From NCBI RefSeq assembly GCF_001194135.2, contig NC_068982.1:11282106-11317090 (forward strand): a stretch of 34,985 bases of DNA, written 5' to 3'. The notes beneath the pieces were generated by a model, which had not been told where the DNA came from, made no database searches, and saw only the letters and a program-made list of their open reading frames with translations. The DNA comes from Octopus bimaculoides (lineage: Eukaryota). The translations under genes and the position numbers were made by a program. The first letter of the stretch is position 1; each line of letters starts with the position of its first letter. Shown here piece by piece: positions 10,160 through 22,039 of the stretch.

Positions 10160-10192
<33 letters not shown>
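10080..10192. repeat. (CT)-rich and (CA)n microsatellite
   Basis: Direct reading of the sequence. Confidence 0.9.
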
Positions 10193-11224
10193 AATCTGAA
10201 TTTGGTTTGATATTTCAATGTTATCATTAATATTTGGTCCCAGTCAGCCTTGTAGAAAGTGTTCCAAACATGGCCATCTCACTTTTTTTTCAGACAGAGA
10301 ATTAAGCACTCTATTAACCAACATGTCTTCCATTTTTTAAACATAAAAGTGTAGTTTGAGAGGGAATTTGTCAACTATTTCCAGCAAGTTGTGCATCTAT
10401 TAGTTAAGGCTTTCTTGTTGGTTCAGCACAGATTCTGAAGTTAGAAACATTTGGAATGCAATTACCATAAACAAGCAAAACATGTCTGAAGTCATTTTAA
10501 GGTTGTCTCCCTTGCAGTAATTAATGCTAATGATAGCCAGGTAGCTAGAAATGCATTCATTGTTCTGCTGAAAGGTGGTACCTTGAAATGATTGTTGGTG
10601 TTTCTCAACATCTATCGCCTGAAGCAAGAAAAGTTCTCCATGGCAAACTAGCAGTAAATACAGCCTTTGGACAAGTCAAATATGTCCCAAACACATTTCA
10701 ACTGATCTAAATGCTTGTTTTATAACAATGTCACAGTGTGTCGGCCTTCATTGTCACTGTAGTCTTAGGTGTAAGAATATTATGGATTAGACTGGCTGCA
10801 TATGTTGTAAACAGGAACAAAACTCACAAACATGTTATAATATATTTATTTAAGGAAAGGTTGAATATAGATATAGATGAATTTTCAGATAGTCACTGAG
10901 ACTAAGGAAATAGGGATCAACTTTCATGGTATCTAAAGACATTAAATGGCTTACTCTAAAAACAGTAACAAATTGGTCTTGAATGAAAATTGAGATGTGA
11001 GTTTATCCAAATCTCTTCTTGCTTCTGGAACAACTGTTAATTCTCTTGGAGAAAAAGACAAAGAAATGAGTCAGCCAAATTTTAGTGAAGCTCTGCCTTG
11101 GTCTGCTTGCTTGTGGTGAGAAGTGAGTTGTGGGTTGCTTGGCTGTTCTCAACCGCCATGAAGAGTTTTAGCACCAAACTGCTTATAACTTGAGAAAAGA
11201 GAATGAATATATATATATATCTAT

Positions 11225-11815
11225 GTGTGTTTGGCTTTTGTGTTTGTGTTTATCTTTATCTCACAACACCACTTGACAACTGGTGGTGGTTTGTTTACAT
11301 ACCTGTAACCTGCTGAGACCCCCTTCGGTCATGACTGACCATGGGATTGCACCTAGAAAGTTACCCTCTCAGGCACAAGTCCGGGCAAGGTTGTTTTTTT
11401 TATGGAAGACCAGCAGTCGCCCATGTATACCAGCCTCCCCTCTCCACACCACCAGTGTTATCCAAGAGAAAGGCAAAGGCTGATACAGCTTGGCACCAGT
11501 GACGTCGCAACTCATTTCTACAGCTGAGTGAACTGGAGCAACATTAAATAAAGTGTCTTGCTCAAGAACACAACACGCAGCCCGGTCCGGGATTCAAACT
11601 CATAACATCACGATCGTAAGCTCGACGCTCTAACCACTGAGCCATGCGCCTTCACTACCTGTAGCCTAGTGGTTCAGCAAAAGAGATAAATAGAATAAGT
11701 ACCAGGCTTGAACATGGAAGTTAATACTAAGGTCAATTCATTCGGCTAACATTCTTCAGGGTGGTGCCCCAGCATGGCCACAGTCTAATAAGTAAAACAA
11801 ATAACAGAAAGATAA
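11225..11815 (+). mobile_element. 3' half of a CORE-like SINE split by a nested insertion
   Basis: Segments 11225-11311 and 11656-11815 rejoin to match 18460-18685. Confidence 0.8.
11312..11655 (-). mobile_element. Full-length SINE (head B + tail Y) nested in an older SINE
   Basis: Homologous to 4113-4455. TSD TACCTGTAACCT (11300-11311) / TACCTGTAGCCT (11656-11667). Confidence 0.92.
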
Positions 11816-12438
11816 CATAATACCCAAGTTTTGGGTTATTGATATAGCTGAATGTTGGTGTTGAAACATTCCCAAAAGCTTTCAGCATTTGAAATATTAG
11901 CAATATTATTGAAAGTGTCATTAACGCTAAAAAGAAAAAGAAATACAAACAAATGAGAAAACATGAGTCTTTTACTAAGAGTATGACACTTACTATAGGA
12001 CACGTTATAACCTAAATGTGGAACCATTGCTTTCAAATATAAATTTTCTTGGGTGTAACCTAGCATAAATTGGTTAAGAATAATCACAAAAAATTAATAT
12101 AATAGATTAATGAAATTCTTTAACAGCAAATTCTTTTACAGTGACATGAAAGCTAAATGTGAACAAAAGTATGTAGAATAAATGCTGCTTCTTGAGAACT
12201 GGTTGAAATTATAGGCATTTTTTAGTGTGTTATATATAGACACCTACACACAGATGACTATGTGTGTGTATACACACACACACGTATATATATATATATA
12301 TATACATATATAATTTTTTCTTTTGGCCCTTATTTGTAATTGTATATATAGTTTTCACCTTAAAAGGTATTTTTCATAGGCTGGCCACTGATCAATTATT
12401 TAATAAAATTTTATCCTTATATTATAAGTATACATATA

Positions 12439-13364
12439 NNNNNNNNNNNNNNNNNNNNNNNNNNNNNNNNNNNNNNNNNNNNNNNNNNNNNNNNNNNNNN
12501 NNNNNNNNNNNNNNNNNNNNNNNNNNNNNNNNNNNNNNNNNNNNNNNNNNNNNNNNNNNNNNNNNNNNNNNNNNNNNNNNNNNNNNNNNNNNNNNNNNNN
12601 NNNNNNNNNNNNNNNNNNNNNNNNNNNNNNNNNNNNNNNNNNNNNNNNNNNNNNNNNNNNNNNNNNNNNNNNNNNNNNNNNNNNNNNNNNNNNNNNNNNN
12701 NNNNNNNNNNNNNNNNNNNNNNNNNNNNNNNNNNNNNNNNNNNNNNNNNNNNNNNNNNNNNNNNNNNNNNNNNNNNNNNNNNNNNNNNNNNNNNNNNNNN
12801 NNNNNNNNNNNNNNNNNNNNNNNNNNNNNNNNNNNNNNNNNNNNNNNNNNNNNNNNNNNNNNNNNNNNNNNNNNNNNNNNNNNNNNNNNNNNNNNNNNNN
12901 NNNNNNNNNNNNNNNNNNNNNNNNNNNNNNNNNNNNNNNNNNNNNNNNNNNNNNNNNNNNNNNNNNNNNNNNNNNNNNNNNNNNNNNNNNNNNNNNNNNN
13001 NNNNNNNNNNNNNNNNNNNNNNNNNNNNNNNNNNNNNNNNNNNNNNNNNNNNNNNNNNNNNNNNNNNNNNNNNNNNNNNNNNNNNNNNNNNNNNNNNNNN
13101 NNNNNNNNNNNNNNNNNNNNNNNNNNNNNNNNNNNNNNNNNNNNNNNNNNNNNNNNNNNNNNNNNNNNNNNNNNNNNNNNNNNNNNNNNNNNNNNNNNNN
13201 NNNNNNNNNNNNNNNNNNNNNNNNNNNNNNNNNNNNNNNNNNNNNNNNNNNNNNNNNNNNNNNNNNNNNNNNNNNNNNNNNNNNNNNNNNNNNNNNNNNN
13301 NNNNNNNNNNNNNNNNNNNNNNNNNNNNNNNNNNNNNNNNNNNNNNNNNNNNNNNNNNNNNNNN

Positions 13365-13365
<1 letters not shown>
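12439..13365. other. Assembly gap flanked by (TA)n/(CA)n microsatellites
   Basis: Run of N; the end coordinate is approximate. Confidence 0.98.
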
Positions 13366-13408
<43 letters not shown>

Positions 13409-13539
13409 ATACACACACATATATATATATGTATATATATGTATGTACATATATACATACATACATATATACATACACACACATATATTCATACACATAT
13501 ATACATATGTATAGACATTCTTTATATTTTATATAAGTA

Positions 13540-13583
<44 letters not shown>

Positions 13584-14308
13584 TATGTGATATACCATCA
13601 TAGTCATCATCAATATTTAACATCTATTTTCCATGCTGGCATGGGTTGGACAGCTTGATAGGAACTGACAAGGCCAGGGCCCACACCAGGTTCCATAGTC
13701 TGTTATACACACACACACACACTGAATTTGCTATGTCAGGAATGAGTCATATAATGATTACTATAACCAAAATAATATTATGTCAGAGTTTCTAAAATGT
13801 GAAGTTCATAATGATTATCTTTTTGGGGTAGAAGAATATCTTTCATCATAAGTTTGTTCCCTGTAGTCAGATGATCAATAAAGCATTTTACTAGGATGTC
13901 CTGAAAGTTTCCAGAGAATCAGTGTGAAAAGGAAGATGCCTGAGATATGGGCAAACAAAACCTGGTTCCTGAATGACATCAACACACCGGCTCCTGTTAT
14001 TTCTTATCTATGTGTTTTTGGCAAAACACAAAATGACGTTTGTTCCTCATGTATGTTTTGAAGGAGATATTTTCTCTTATTGTTTAGTCAATTTGAGAGA
14101 CGTTCTTTCTTCTTTTGTTTTTGCTCTCATAGTTAAAATGCAGCCTGAAAAGTTACCAATTTCAGATGATGTATATATATATGGAATAATTACTGTCAAG
14201 CATTGTGTAGATTATATTGTATAAAGAGCGTGAGTAAGGTCAAAATAATGCAAAGTAAATACAAGGTAATTCACAAGAAAACAAATATGTGAATTAATGT
14301 AGACTTAT

Positions 14309-14466
14309 CTTGTGTTCAATATTTCGGGGTTATGACCCCATTTTCAAAGAATTGATGAATGTTGCCAATGTGTGTATGTGTGAGTGTGTGCTCACACACA
14401 CATACATCGGAAACATTCATCAATTTCTTGAAAATGGGGTCATAACCCCGAAATATTGAACACAAG
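14309..14466. repeat. 158-bp near-perfect palindrome, possibly an inverted Penelope-like pLTR remnant
   Basis: Arms of ~76 bp, identical over the outer 38 bp, with a 6-nt loop. Each arm carries TTGAAAA-T-GGGG-tcataa-CCCC-GAAA. Confidence 0.9.
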
Positions 14467-14520
14467 GTTCTTATGATTTACTTTACAGTGTTTTGGCCTT
14501 ACCCCTGATCTTTATACAAT

Positions 14521-14557
<37 letters not shown>

Positions 14558-14603
14558 CATACATAGTCTGATCAATAAGTATCCAGACTGTTACCATAGT
14601 AAT

Positions 14604-15215
14604 NNNNNNNNNNNNNNNNNNNNNNNNNNNNNNNNNNNNNNNNNNNNNNNNNNNNNNNNNNNNNNNNNNNNNNNNNNNNNNNNNNNNNNNNNNNNNNNNN
14701 NNNNNNNNNNNNNNNNNNNNNNNNNNNNNNNNNNNNNNNNNNNNNNNNNNNNNNNNNNNNNNNNNNNNNNNNNNNNNNNNNNNNNNNNNNNNNNNNNNNN
14801 NNNNNNNNNNNNNNNNNNNNNNNNNNNNNNNNNNNNNNNNNNNNNNNNNNNNNNNNNNNNNNNNNNNNNNNNNNNNNNNNNNNNNNNNNNNNNNNNNNNN
14901 NNNNNNNNNNNNNNNNNNNNNNNNNNNNNNNNNNNNNNNNNNNNNNNNNNNNNNNNNNNNNNNNNNNNNNNNNNNNNNNNNNNNNNNNNNNNNNNNNNNN
15001 NNNNNNNNNNNNNNNNNNNNNNNNNNNNNNNNNNNNNNNNNNNNNNNNNNNNNNNNNNNNNNNNNNNNNNNNNNNNNNNNNNNNNNNNNNNNNNNNNNNN
15101 NNNNNNNNNNNNNNNNNNNNNNNNNNNNNNNNNNNNNNNNNNNNNNNNNNNNNNNNNNNNNNNNNNNNNNNNNNNNNNNNNNNNNNNNNNNNNNNNNNNN
15201 NNNNNNNNNNNNNNN
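14604..15215. other. Assembly gap
   Basis: Run of N. Confidence 0.98.
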
Positions 15216-15263
15216 TGGCAATATACTACACTTTATATATATATATATATATATATATACATA

Positions 15264-16473
15264 CATAGTCTGATCAATAAGTATCCAGACTGTTACCATA
15301 GTAATGAAGCTAAAGCACACAGAGTGAAGCTGCTTGGCACAGGTTGATCTTGAACTCTGCTGTACATGCGCAGTAAGTTTTAATATTCTTGCTCACTTCC
15401 GCTGCTTACAGCAGTGCTTAGAAGGAACATGTGTAGCATGTGATCATTGCATTGGTTTTTAGAAAAAGTCACAAGGCCCGAGAGATAGGGGGAATATGGT
15501 GGCTGTCATATGTGGAGAATGCTTTGCCTGGCCAAAAACTGCTGCACAAGCTGTGCTGAATAAGTACATGCATTGTCACACACCAGAAACACGCAGCTGT
15601 GGCCTTTTCCGACAAATAGCATTTTGCAAACACTGCAAAATGTCACATTGGTACTCCTTGTTTACTGTCTGACCAGGTGGAGCATACTCATCATTAACAA
15701 TCTCCTTGTAGTCAAAGAAAATGGTCAACAGTGTCTTCACATTGTTTTGACTCATTCATGCTTTCTTCGGTCTTGGTAGGTTGGGATCTTCCACTGCGAA
15801 GACTAACCCTTTGTTTCAGGGTCATAGCCAAAGAACCACAATTCATCACTCATTATAACTGTTTTCAAAATGTTTTCATTGTTCTCGACACAATCAAGGA
15901 GGTCTTGTGCAAATGAATCCTGAGTGTCTTTCTGGTCAGCTGAAAGCAGTTTTGGCACAAAATTGGCAGACACGCATCTCATACCCAAATCATCAGTGAT
16001 AATGGACTGAACTGAATTGCAACTAATCTGCACATCCTCTGATAACTCTCAGATGGTGATTCGACAATTTCCACTCACAGCTGCACATACATCTGCAATG
16101 TTTTTCTCAGTTCTGCTTGTTGTAGGTCTCCTAGAATGTTCATCACTATCAATATTTTTTTCAGCCATCTTGGAAACATCTGAACCATTCATACACTCCT
16201 CTCTATACACTTTCTGCAGGTATCACCAAACTTTTGGCAAAATCTGATGCAGATTCTCTGCTCAACTTTCTCTGTCATGGTCAATACAACAATCACACAC
16301 TACACACCTTCCTTCCAAGCACTGCTGTAAACAGCGGAAGTGAACTAGAACATTAAAACTTAGTGCACACACACAGCAGAGCTCAAGGTCAATCTGTGCC
16401 AAATAGCTTTACTCTACATGCTTTAGCTTCGTTACTGTGGCACACAGTCCGGATACTTATTGATCAGACCACA
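15264..16473 (-). mobile_element. Decayed mariner-like DNA transposon with ~165-bp TIRs
   Basis: TIRs at 15264-15427 and 16309-16473 (gtctgatcaataagtatcc.gactg...). TA precedes the left end. Confidence 0.92.
15462..16278 (-). pseudogene. Mariner transposase pseudogene (stops, frameshifts, C-terminal truncation)
   Basis: MTEKVEQRICIRFC start, FVPKLL (WVPHEL-like), SDELWFFGYDPETK (first D), CDNA (second D), QPPYSP...CDFF (third D; DD34D-type). Confidence 0.9.
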
Positions 16474-16532
16474 CTCCACACACACACACATATGTATATA
16501 TTATTAATAATGATAAAGAGAATTTAATTTAA

Positions 16533-16661
16533 TAGTTATTTACAGCATCTTAGGGACCACGATGAAACTGCACTGACTATGATGCTAGGTTGCATATGCA
16601 ACTGTGTGCAGTTGCTGCAGCTGAAACATTTGTAGCTTCCTAAAGATACGGTAAATAACTG
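16533..16661. mobile_element. Small TTAA-flanked element with ~24-bp imperfect TIRs
   Basis: TTAA|TAGTTATTTACAGCATCTTAGG ... CCTAAAGATACGGTAAATAACTG|TTAA, with an internal 14-bp palindrome GTTGCATATGCAAC. Confidence 0.6.
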
Positions 16662-18290
16662 TTAAATAAAATTATGGATGTGAAAAATCTCCATTCTCCT
16701 TATCATTATTTATACTATTACTTACTCTATGGAAATTATGCATCCCTGAACAGGACATTGAGATTTACCTTGCAAGAAAAGTTACCAGGGCCAAGCAACT
16801 TGTTAGCTCAGGTACCATAAAAGGACTGTTGTGGTTAGCCAGCATTTAAGACCAAACTAAGAGGAGACACGGTAACCACCAGGATAATATATCTCTTTAA
16901 ACTCAATTTTGGATATATATATATATATACATCATTCACATTTACTGCTGTAATCTGTTAAAATGAAGGCCAGATTATGAGAAAAGATTTTCCTCTGGTA
17001 AAAAGAAACAACTAGTGTTAAATTGAATTAATCTTGCAGTGTAACACCACCACTTCACACTTGGATACTTTTAGCTGTGTTCATATTCTTATAACCTTCC
17101 AAGCTCTGTATCTAGTCTGAGGAAAAATTCCTCCATTGCATCGCTCTGGTTTGGAAACCTTGAAAAAGACTTTTAAGCCCTGCCTACCCACTTCTGAATG
17201 AGTCAATAAATATATAAATAACTGAAATAAAATAAATAAATTGAAGATATATTATAGACATTATTTAGTGCAATGAACTGAATATAACTTTGCAAATGAT
17301 ACGGATGCCACAGTCATGAGATACAGAACAGTATTTATATAATAGGCTAAAACAAACACAACTACTTGAGGAATTCTTACATAGGTGCTTGTTCTGATAA
17401 TACTAGTTCTACCTCCCTTGCCGACAACTCTAATCATTATAATGAGAACCACATTTTTAATGTCATAATTTGTATAATAATGTATACGTGACCGCAATAC
17501 AGACAAGAAAGCTACTGTGGAACTTTAGAAACACTAATTAAATTCTTTCTTTGATAAAAAAAAGAACAAAACACTTTGCCCTACAAATTTAATTGTTCAA
17601 GCAGAATTGTATAGTAACTACAGCAAAAGATAACAAGGGATATAATTTATAACACAAAAGGTTTCTATTTGAAATTTATGCCTTAAAAGTTTTATAAAGT
17701 TATAACAATAATCTCCAGAAAAGAAAAAGAAATGACTGTGATGAAAATAAACATATAATGAACAATATAAAATCTCACAGAATTAATTAAAATCCTACTT
17801 TTGTTAATCTGAATAGCTAAAACACATTGCATTTAAGTTGAAGAACATGTCTGAATATAATCTGTGTCAGCAGGGAACCTGAGAATAAGAGAAATTGCTG
17901 ATAGATGGCTTCAGAGTGAAGACCTAAGAGTATCATGAAATTTTCAGGAAGGAACTAGTCTAAGATGATGAAAGCTTCTTAAATATTTTCTCTCATTTAT
18001 GTTTTAAAATGTTATTAAAGTTGGCCTTTTTTATGTAAGAAGTACATCTCCCACTTCACACAGCTATACACATATTAAATTAAAAACAGAGTAGGAGATC
18101 TACATATTAGATGACTATCAAATAAACATATGGCAGATATATAGAATTAAATATGCATACACAGACATGTGATAATAGATAAAGGATAAGTAACTGCCAA
18201 ACAATTTCTTTTCAATACCATACGTTGGTACTAATTTGTCTTGGTTGAGTAGCTGTGAGCATTAGCATGGAAGATTGGTAATAAACAGTA

Positions 18291-18685
18291 GCAGGCATGG
18301 CTGTGGTGTAAGAAGCTTGCTTTGCAACCGCATGGTTCCAGGTTCTATCCCACTGCATGGCACCTCGGGGGAGTGGGGTCTACTATAGCCTCAGGCTGGA
18401 TTAATCCTTGTAAATGGATTTGGTAGACAGAAACTGAAAGAAGTCCATCATGTGTGTGTGTGTGTGTTTGTGTTTAAGTGTCTCCCACCACTACTTGACA
18501 ACTGGTGTTTGGTGAGTTTATATCTCTGTGACTTAGTGGTTCAGCAAAAAGAGAACCAATAGAATGAAGACCAGGCTTTGATAAAAATACAAGAACTGAG
18601 ATCTATTCCTTTGACTAAAATTCTTAAAGGCAGTGCCCCAGCATGGTCGTAGTTTAATGACTGAAACAAGTAAAAAATAAAAGAT
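18291..18685 (+). mobile_element. Full-length CORE-like tRNA-derived SINE
   Basis: Head gcaggcatggctgtg...ggttccaggttc, internal (TG)n, tail cagcatggtcg...gactgaaacaagtaaaa. Matches several other copies in the window. Confidence 0.85.
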
Positions 18686-19092
18686 AGGTTAGTTCTTGGA
18701 TATAAGAATAAAGATTTAATTATCCAGTAAACACAAGTGTAATTAGCAGAGACAACTAATTGCTGATCGAGGTAATCAACCAAACAGGTTTCACAGGTTA
18801 GGGCAGAACAGTTGTAATGTTCATGTCTGTCTCAAAGTCATTAATGAACTTAGCTCCAAGCTTTGGTTTTGTCTGATGCTTACTTTCATGCAATAATGGT
18901 ACACAACAACATTCCTGGGTAAACTGACTTTTCTTACCTTGATTTTTTTCTTCTTTTTTTTTGTATTTTGAGAATAATTCTAATAACAAAAATCTGAGAA
19001 TTGATATCAGATCAAGTAAGGACAATTCTGTTCTAGAAGCAGGTCTTATGAAATGAATACCATGTGTCCTAGTGGAAAGTTTAAAGGTGACA

Positions 19093-19254
19093 GGTGCAAG
19101 CATGGCTGTATGGTTTAGAAGTTTGATTTCCAGTCATGTAGTTCTGTGTTATCCCATTGCAGAGATCTTGAGCAAGTATCTTCTATTATAGCCCCAGGTT
19201 AACCAAAACTTTGCAAGTGGATTTGGTAGAGAGAACCAGAAAGAAGTCTGTCAA
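19093..19254 (+). mobile_element. 5' half of the same CORE-like SINE
   Basis: Similarity to 18291-18450. Confidence 0.7.
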
Positions 19255-19259
19255 ATACG

Positions 19260-19577
19260 TAATTGAGAATAATGGCTATGGAACTGGATTCTGATAATAA
19301 ATTTTTGTCCGTTGATCATTTGTGCCATAAATTTCAATTTAAACAAAATAATGATGGTACGGTCTTAAACTTATTTTGCCGACAGTTTTTAATCATTTGA
19401 ATTAATTGAGCATTAAAATTATTCAAATTGTAGAAAGATATTTAATGTCTATATCATTCAAAAGAGATAAAAATTCTACATAAACTGTAAAAAGTAAAAT
19501 AATTTATACAATTTTGTTAAAAATAAATTAACGAATAGAACTATATATCATCGGTCTTAAACTTATTTTGGCCAGTG
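19260..19577. mobile_element. Solo end of a Tc1-like element with IR/DR structure
   Basis: 19-bp direct repeat CGGTCTTAAACTTATTTTG at 19360-19378 and 19552-19570. The terminus ttttggccagtg is followed by TA. Confidence 0.65.
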
Positions 19578-20379
19578 TATATATGTGTGCCTGGGTTTCC
19601 TTGTCTAGACATTATGCAATACTTGTAAATAGCATCATCATCATACTAGAAGTGTCCTTCGTTTCCAGTCATCCATGAAAACATGTTCAGCCATGGTGAA
19701 ATATTACCTTGCTGAGAAACAAGGGAAGGTTGGTGGCAGAAAGAACATTTGGTCATAGAAAAATCTACCTCAATGAATTCTGTTTGACCCATGTTAGCAT
19801 AGGTAAGTGGGTGCTAAAACAATGAGGATGACAGCTAATTAGCTTTATTGTTAATTACTTGTGGGAAAGGATTAAGTGACTACATATTCCTCTTAATCAT
19901 TTAATAAACAAAGAATAAAATATACATACAAACCTATGTATAACTATATACAATTTATATATGGACAGTTATATGCATTAAGAATTTCTACTCAGGATTC
20001 AGCTGACTAAACCACCTGTCAGGGTATCCATGAAATAGTGAAAGTGGAAGTGAAAGTATTTAGCTAATTAAACAACTTGTCAAGTATTTGCATGAAATAC
20101 AGACATACTGAAAGTACCATAGCAGATGGACAGACAGAGAGAAATGAAGATATGTAGCTAACTAGCTTAAAAGCCATCCTATCGGGCAGCTTTAAAGCTA
20201 GCTCCTGTGGAGGGCTCTTCATCAGGTCTTGGGCCCAACAATGACACTTCATGCAGTGAATACATATTAAATTTTATTAAACTTGAACAATATTTTTCAA
20301 GCAATGAACAATTTTCATCAAATCAGTGATGTAATTTGTCGACTTGGAACTTACTGTAAAGCTGCATGATAAACAACAG

Positions 20380-20800
20380 TACCACCACCACCACCACTAC
20401 CACCATCGCTACCACATCTGCCATACACACATCATTCAGACTTCTGACGCCACCACCATCAATACCTTTGACTTCACTGCCTTCTCCTCCACCACCATCA
20501 CCTGTCTTTCACATTGCTTACTCTCACCATCATCCCTGACTGCCTTGGCTAAAACCACCACCACCACCACAACTACAGCTCATACTATTACTATTGCTCC
20601 ATTACCATCAGTATCCAGTATGTTAGTCCCTCTTTCTCTCACATACCCACTCTTTCTCTTTCTCTTATTACTACTCCCACCGCCACCATCAACACTCTTA
20701 CACATCAACAACTTTCCCTAAATTTCTTTGTCTCTCCTTCTCTTTTTCTTTCTCTGTCTGTCTGCGCCACCGCCATCACCGTCTTTATGCCAACTATTAT
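20380..20800. repeat. Degenerate (CAC/CAT)n and CT-rich low-complexity tract
   Basis: Direct reading; it explains ORF 20344-20721. Confidence 0.85.
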
Positions 20801-21084
20801 TCTCACCCCAGCACCAGGAATAGTAGAAGCATCATTGAATAGTGAGAGGGGGGGGGGTCAAAGTGTGACACACTGACACACAGAAATTAGTTTTCACATT
20901 TATTAGATTATATTAGTAGGTTGCCTTTGCATAAATCAGGTCACATCAACAAATTTCATACATAGTATATAGTATACTATATATTGCATTAATTGAATCA
21001 TAAAAATTTGATTGAGTGGTGAGAGTGAATGAGAGAAAAAGTATCTAAATTAAAAGATGTGAAACTTAAAACTCATATCTAAAA

Positions 21085-21695
21085 GGCACCGAAGTGGCTG
21101 TGTGGTAAGAAGCTTGCTTCCCAACCACATGGTTCCAGGTTCAGTCCCATTGCATGGCACCTTGGGTAAGTGTTTTCTATTATAGCCTTGGACCAACCAA
21201 AGCCTTGTGAGTGGAATTGGTAGACAGAAACTAAAAGAAGCCAGTCGTGTGTATATATGGCATTAGGAAGGGCATCCTGGCGTTAGGAAGGGCATCATTG
21301 GCGTTAGGAAGGGCATCATTGGCGTTAGGAAGGGCATCCAGCTGTAGAAACTCTGCCAGATCAGATTGGAGCCTGGTGCAGCCTCCTGGCTTGCCAGTTC
21401 TCAGTCAAATCGTCCAACCCATGCTAGCATGGAAAGCAGACGTTAAACGATGATAATGCTGATGATGATATATATATATTTACATGTATTTGTGTGTCGG
21501 TGTTTGTCTCCCCACCATTGCTTGACAACCGATGTTGGTGTGTTTACGTACCTGTGACTTAGCAGTTTGGCAAAAGAGACCGATATAATAAGTACTAGGC
21601 TTATAAATAAGTTCTAGAGAAGATTTGTTCGACTAAAGGCAGTGCTCCAGCATGGCCACAGTCAAGTGACTGGAACAAATAAAAGAATCAAAGAA
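21085..21695 (+). mobile_element. CORE-like SINE with an RTE-tail SINE fragment (21258-21470) inserted in its central microsatellite
   Basis: Head 21085-21257 and tail 21471-21695 match 18291-18685. The insert matches 886-1030. Confidence 0.8.
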
Positions 21696-21714
21696 CAATC
21701 ATATTATACTTGCC

Positions 21715-22008
21715 GTGGTGATTCTCTCTATCAATGAATGTTCCAGTTGGTTCAATCAACGAAACAGCCTGCTTGTGAAACTAATGTGCAAGTGGCTAAG
21801 CACTCCACAGACATTCTTTCATTCTTTACTTGTTTCAGTCACTTGACTGCAGCCATGCTGGAGCACTGCCTTTAGTCGAACAAATTGTAAGCCTAGTACT
21901 CATTCTTTCGGTCTGTTTTACCGAACCGCTAAGTTATGGGAATGTAAACACACTGACATCGTTTGTCAAATGATGATGGGTGGACAAACACAGACACACA
22001 CAAATAAA

Positions 22009-22039
<31 letters not shown>

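Noticed and set aside
12264-13613. Long ORFs across the gap (also 14493-15347 and 28399-29499)
   Set aside because: They are produced by N runs and TA/CA microsatellites.
13740-14300. Penelope RT/GIY-YIG coding remnant next to the palindrome
   Set aside because: Manual translation showed no recognisable motif.
20190-20240. Second hammerhead candidate (CTGATGA-AGAGC on the - strand)
   Set aside because: The required GAAA after stem II is absent.
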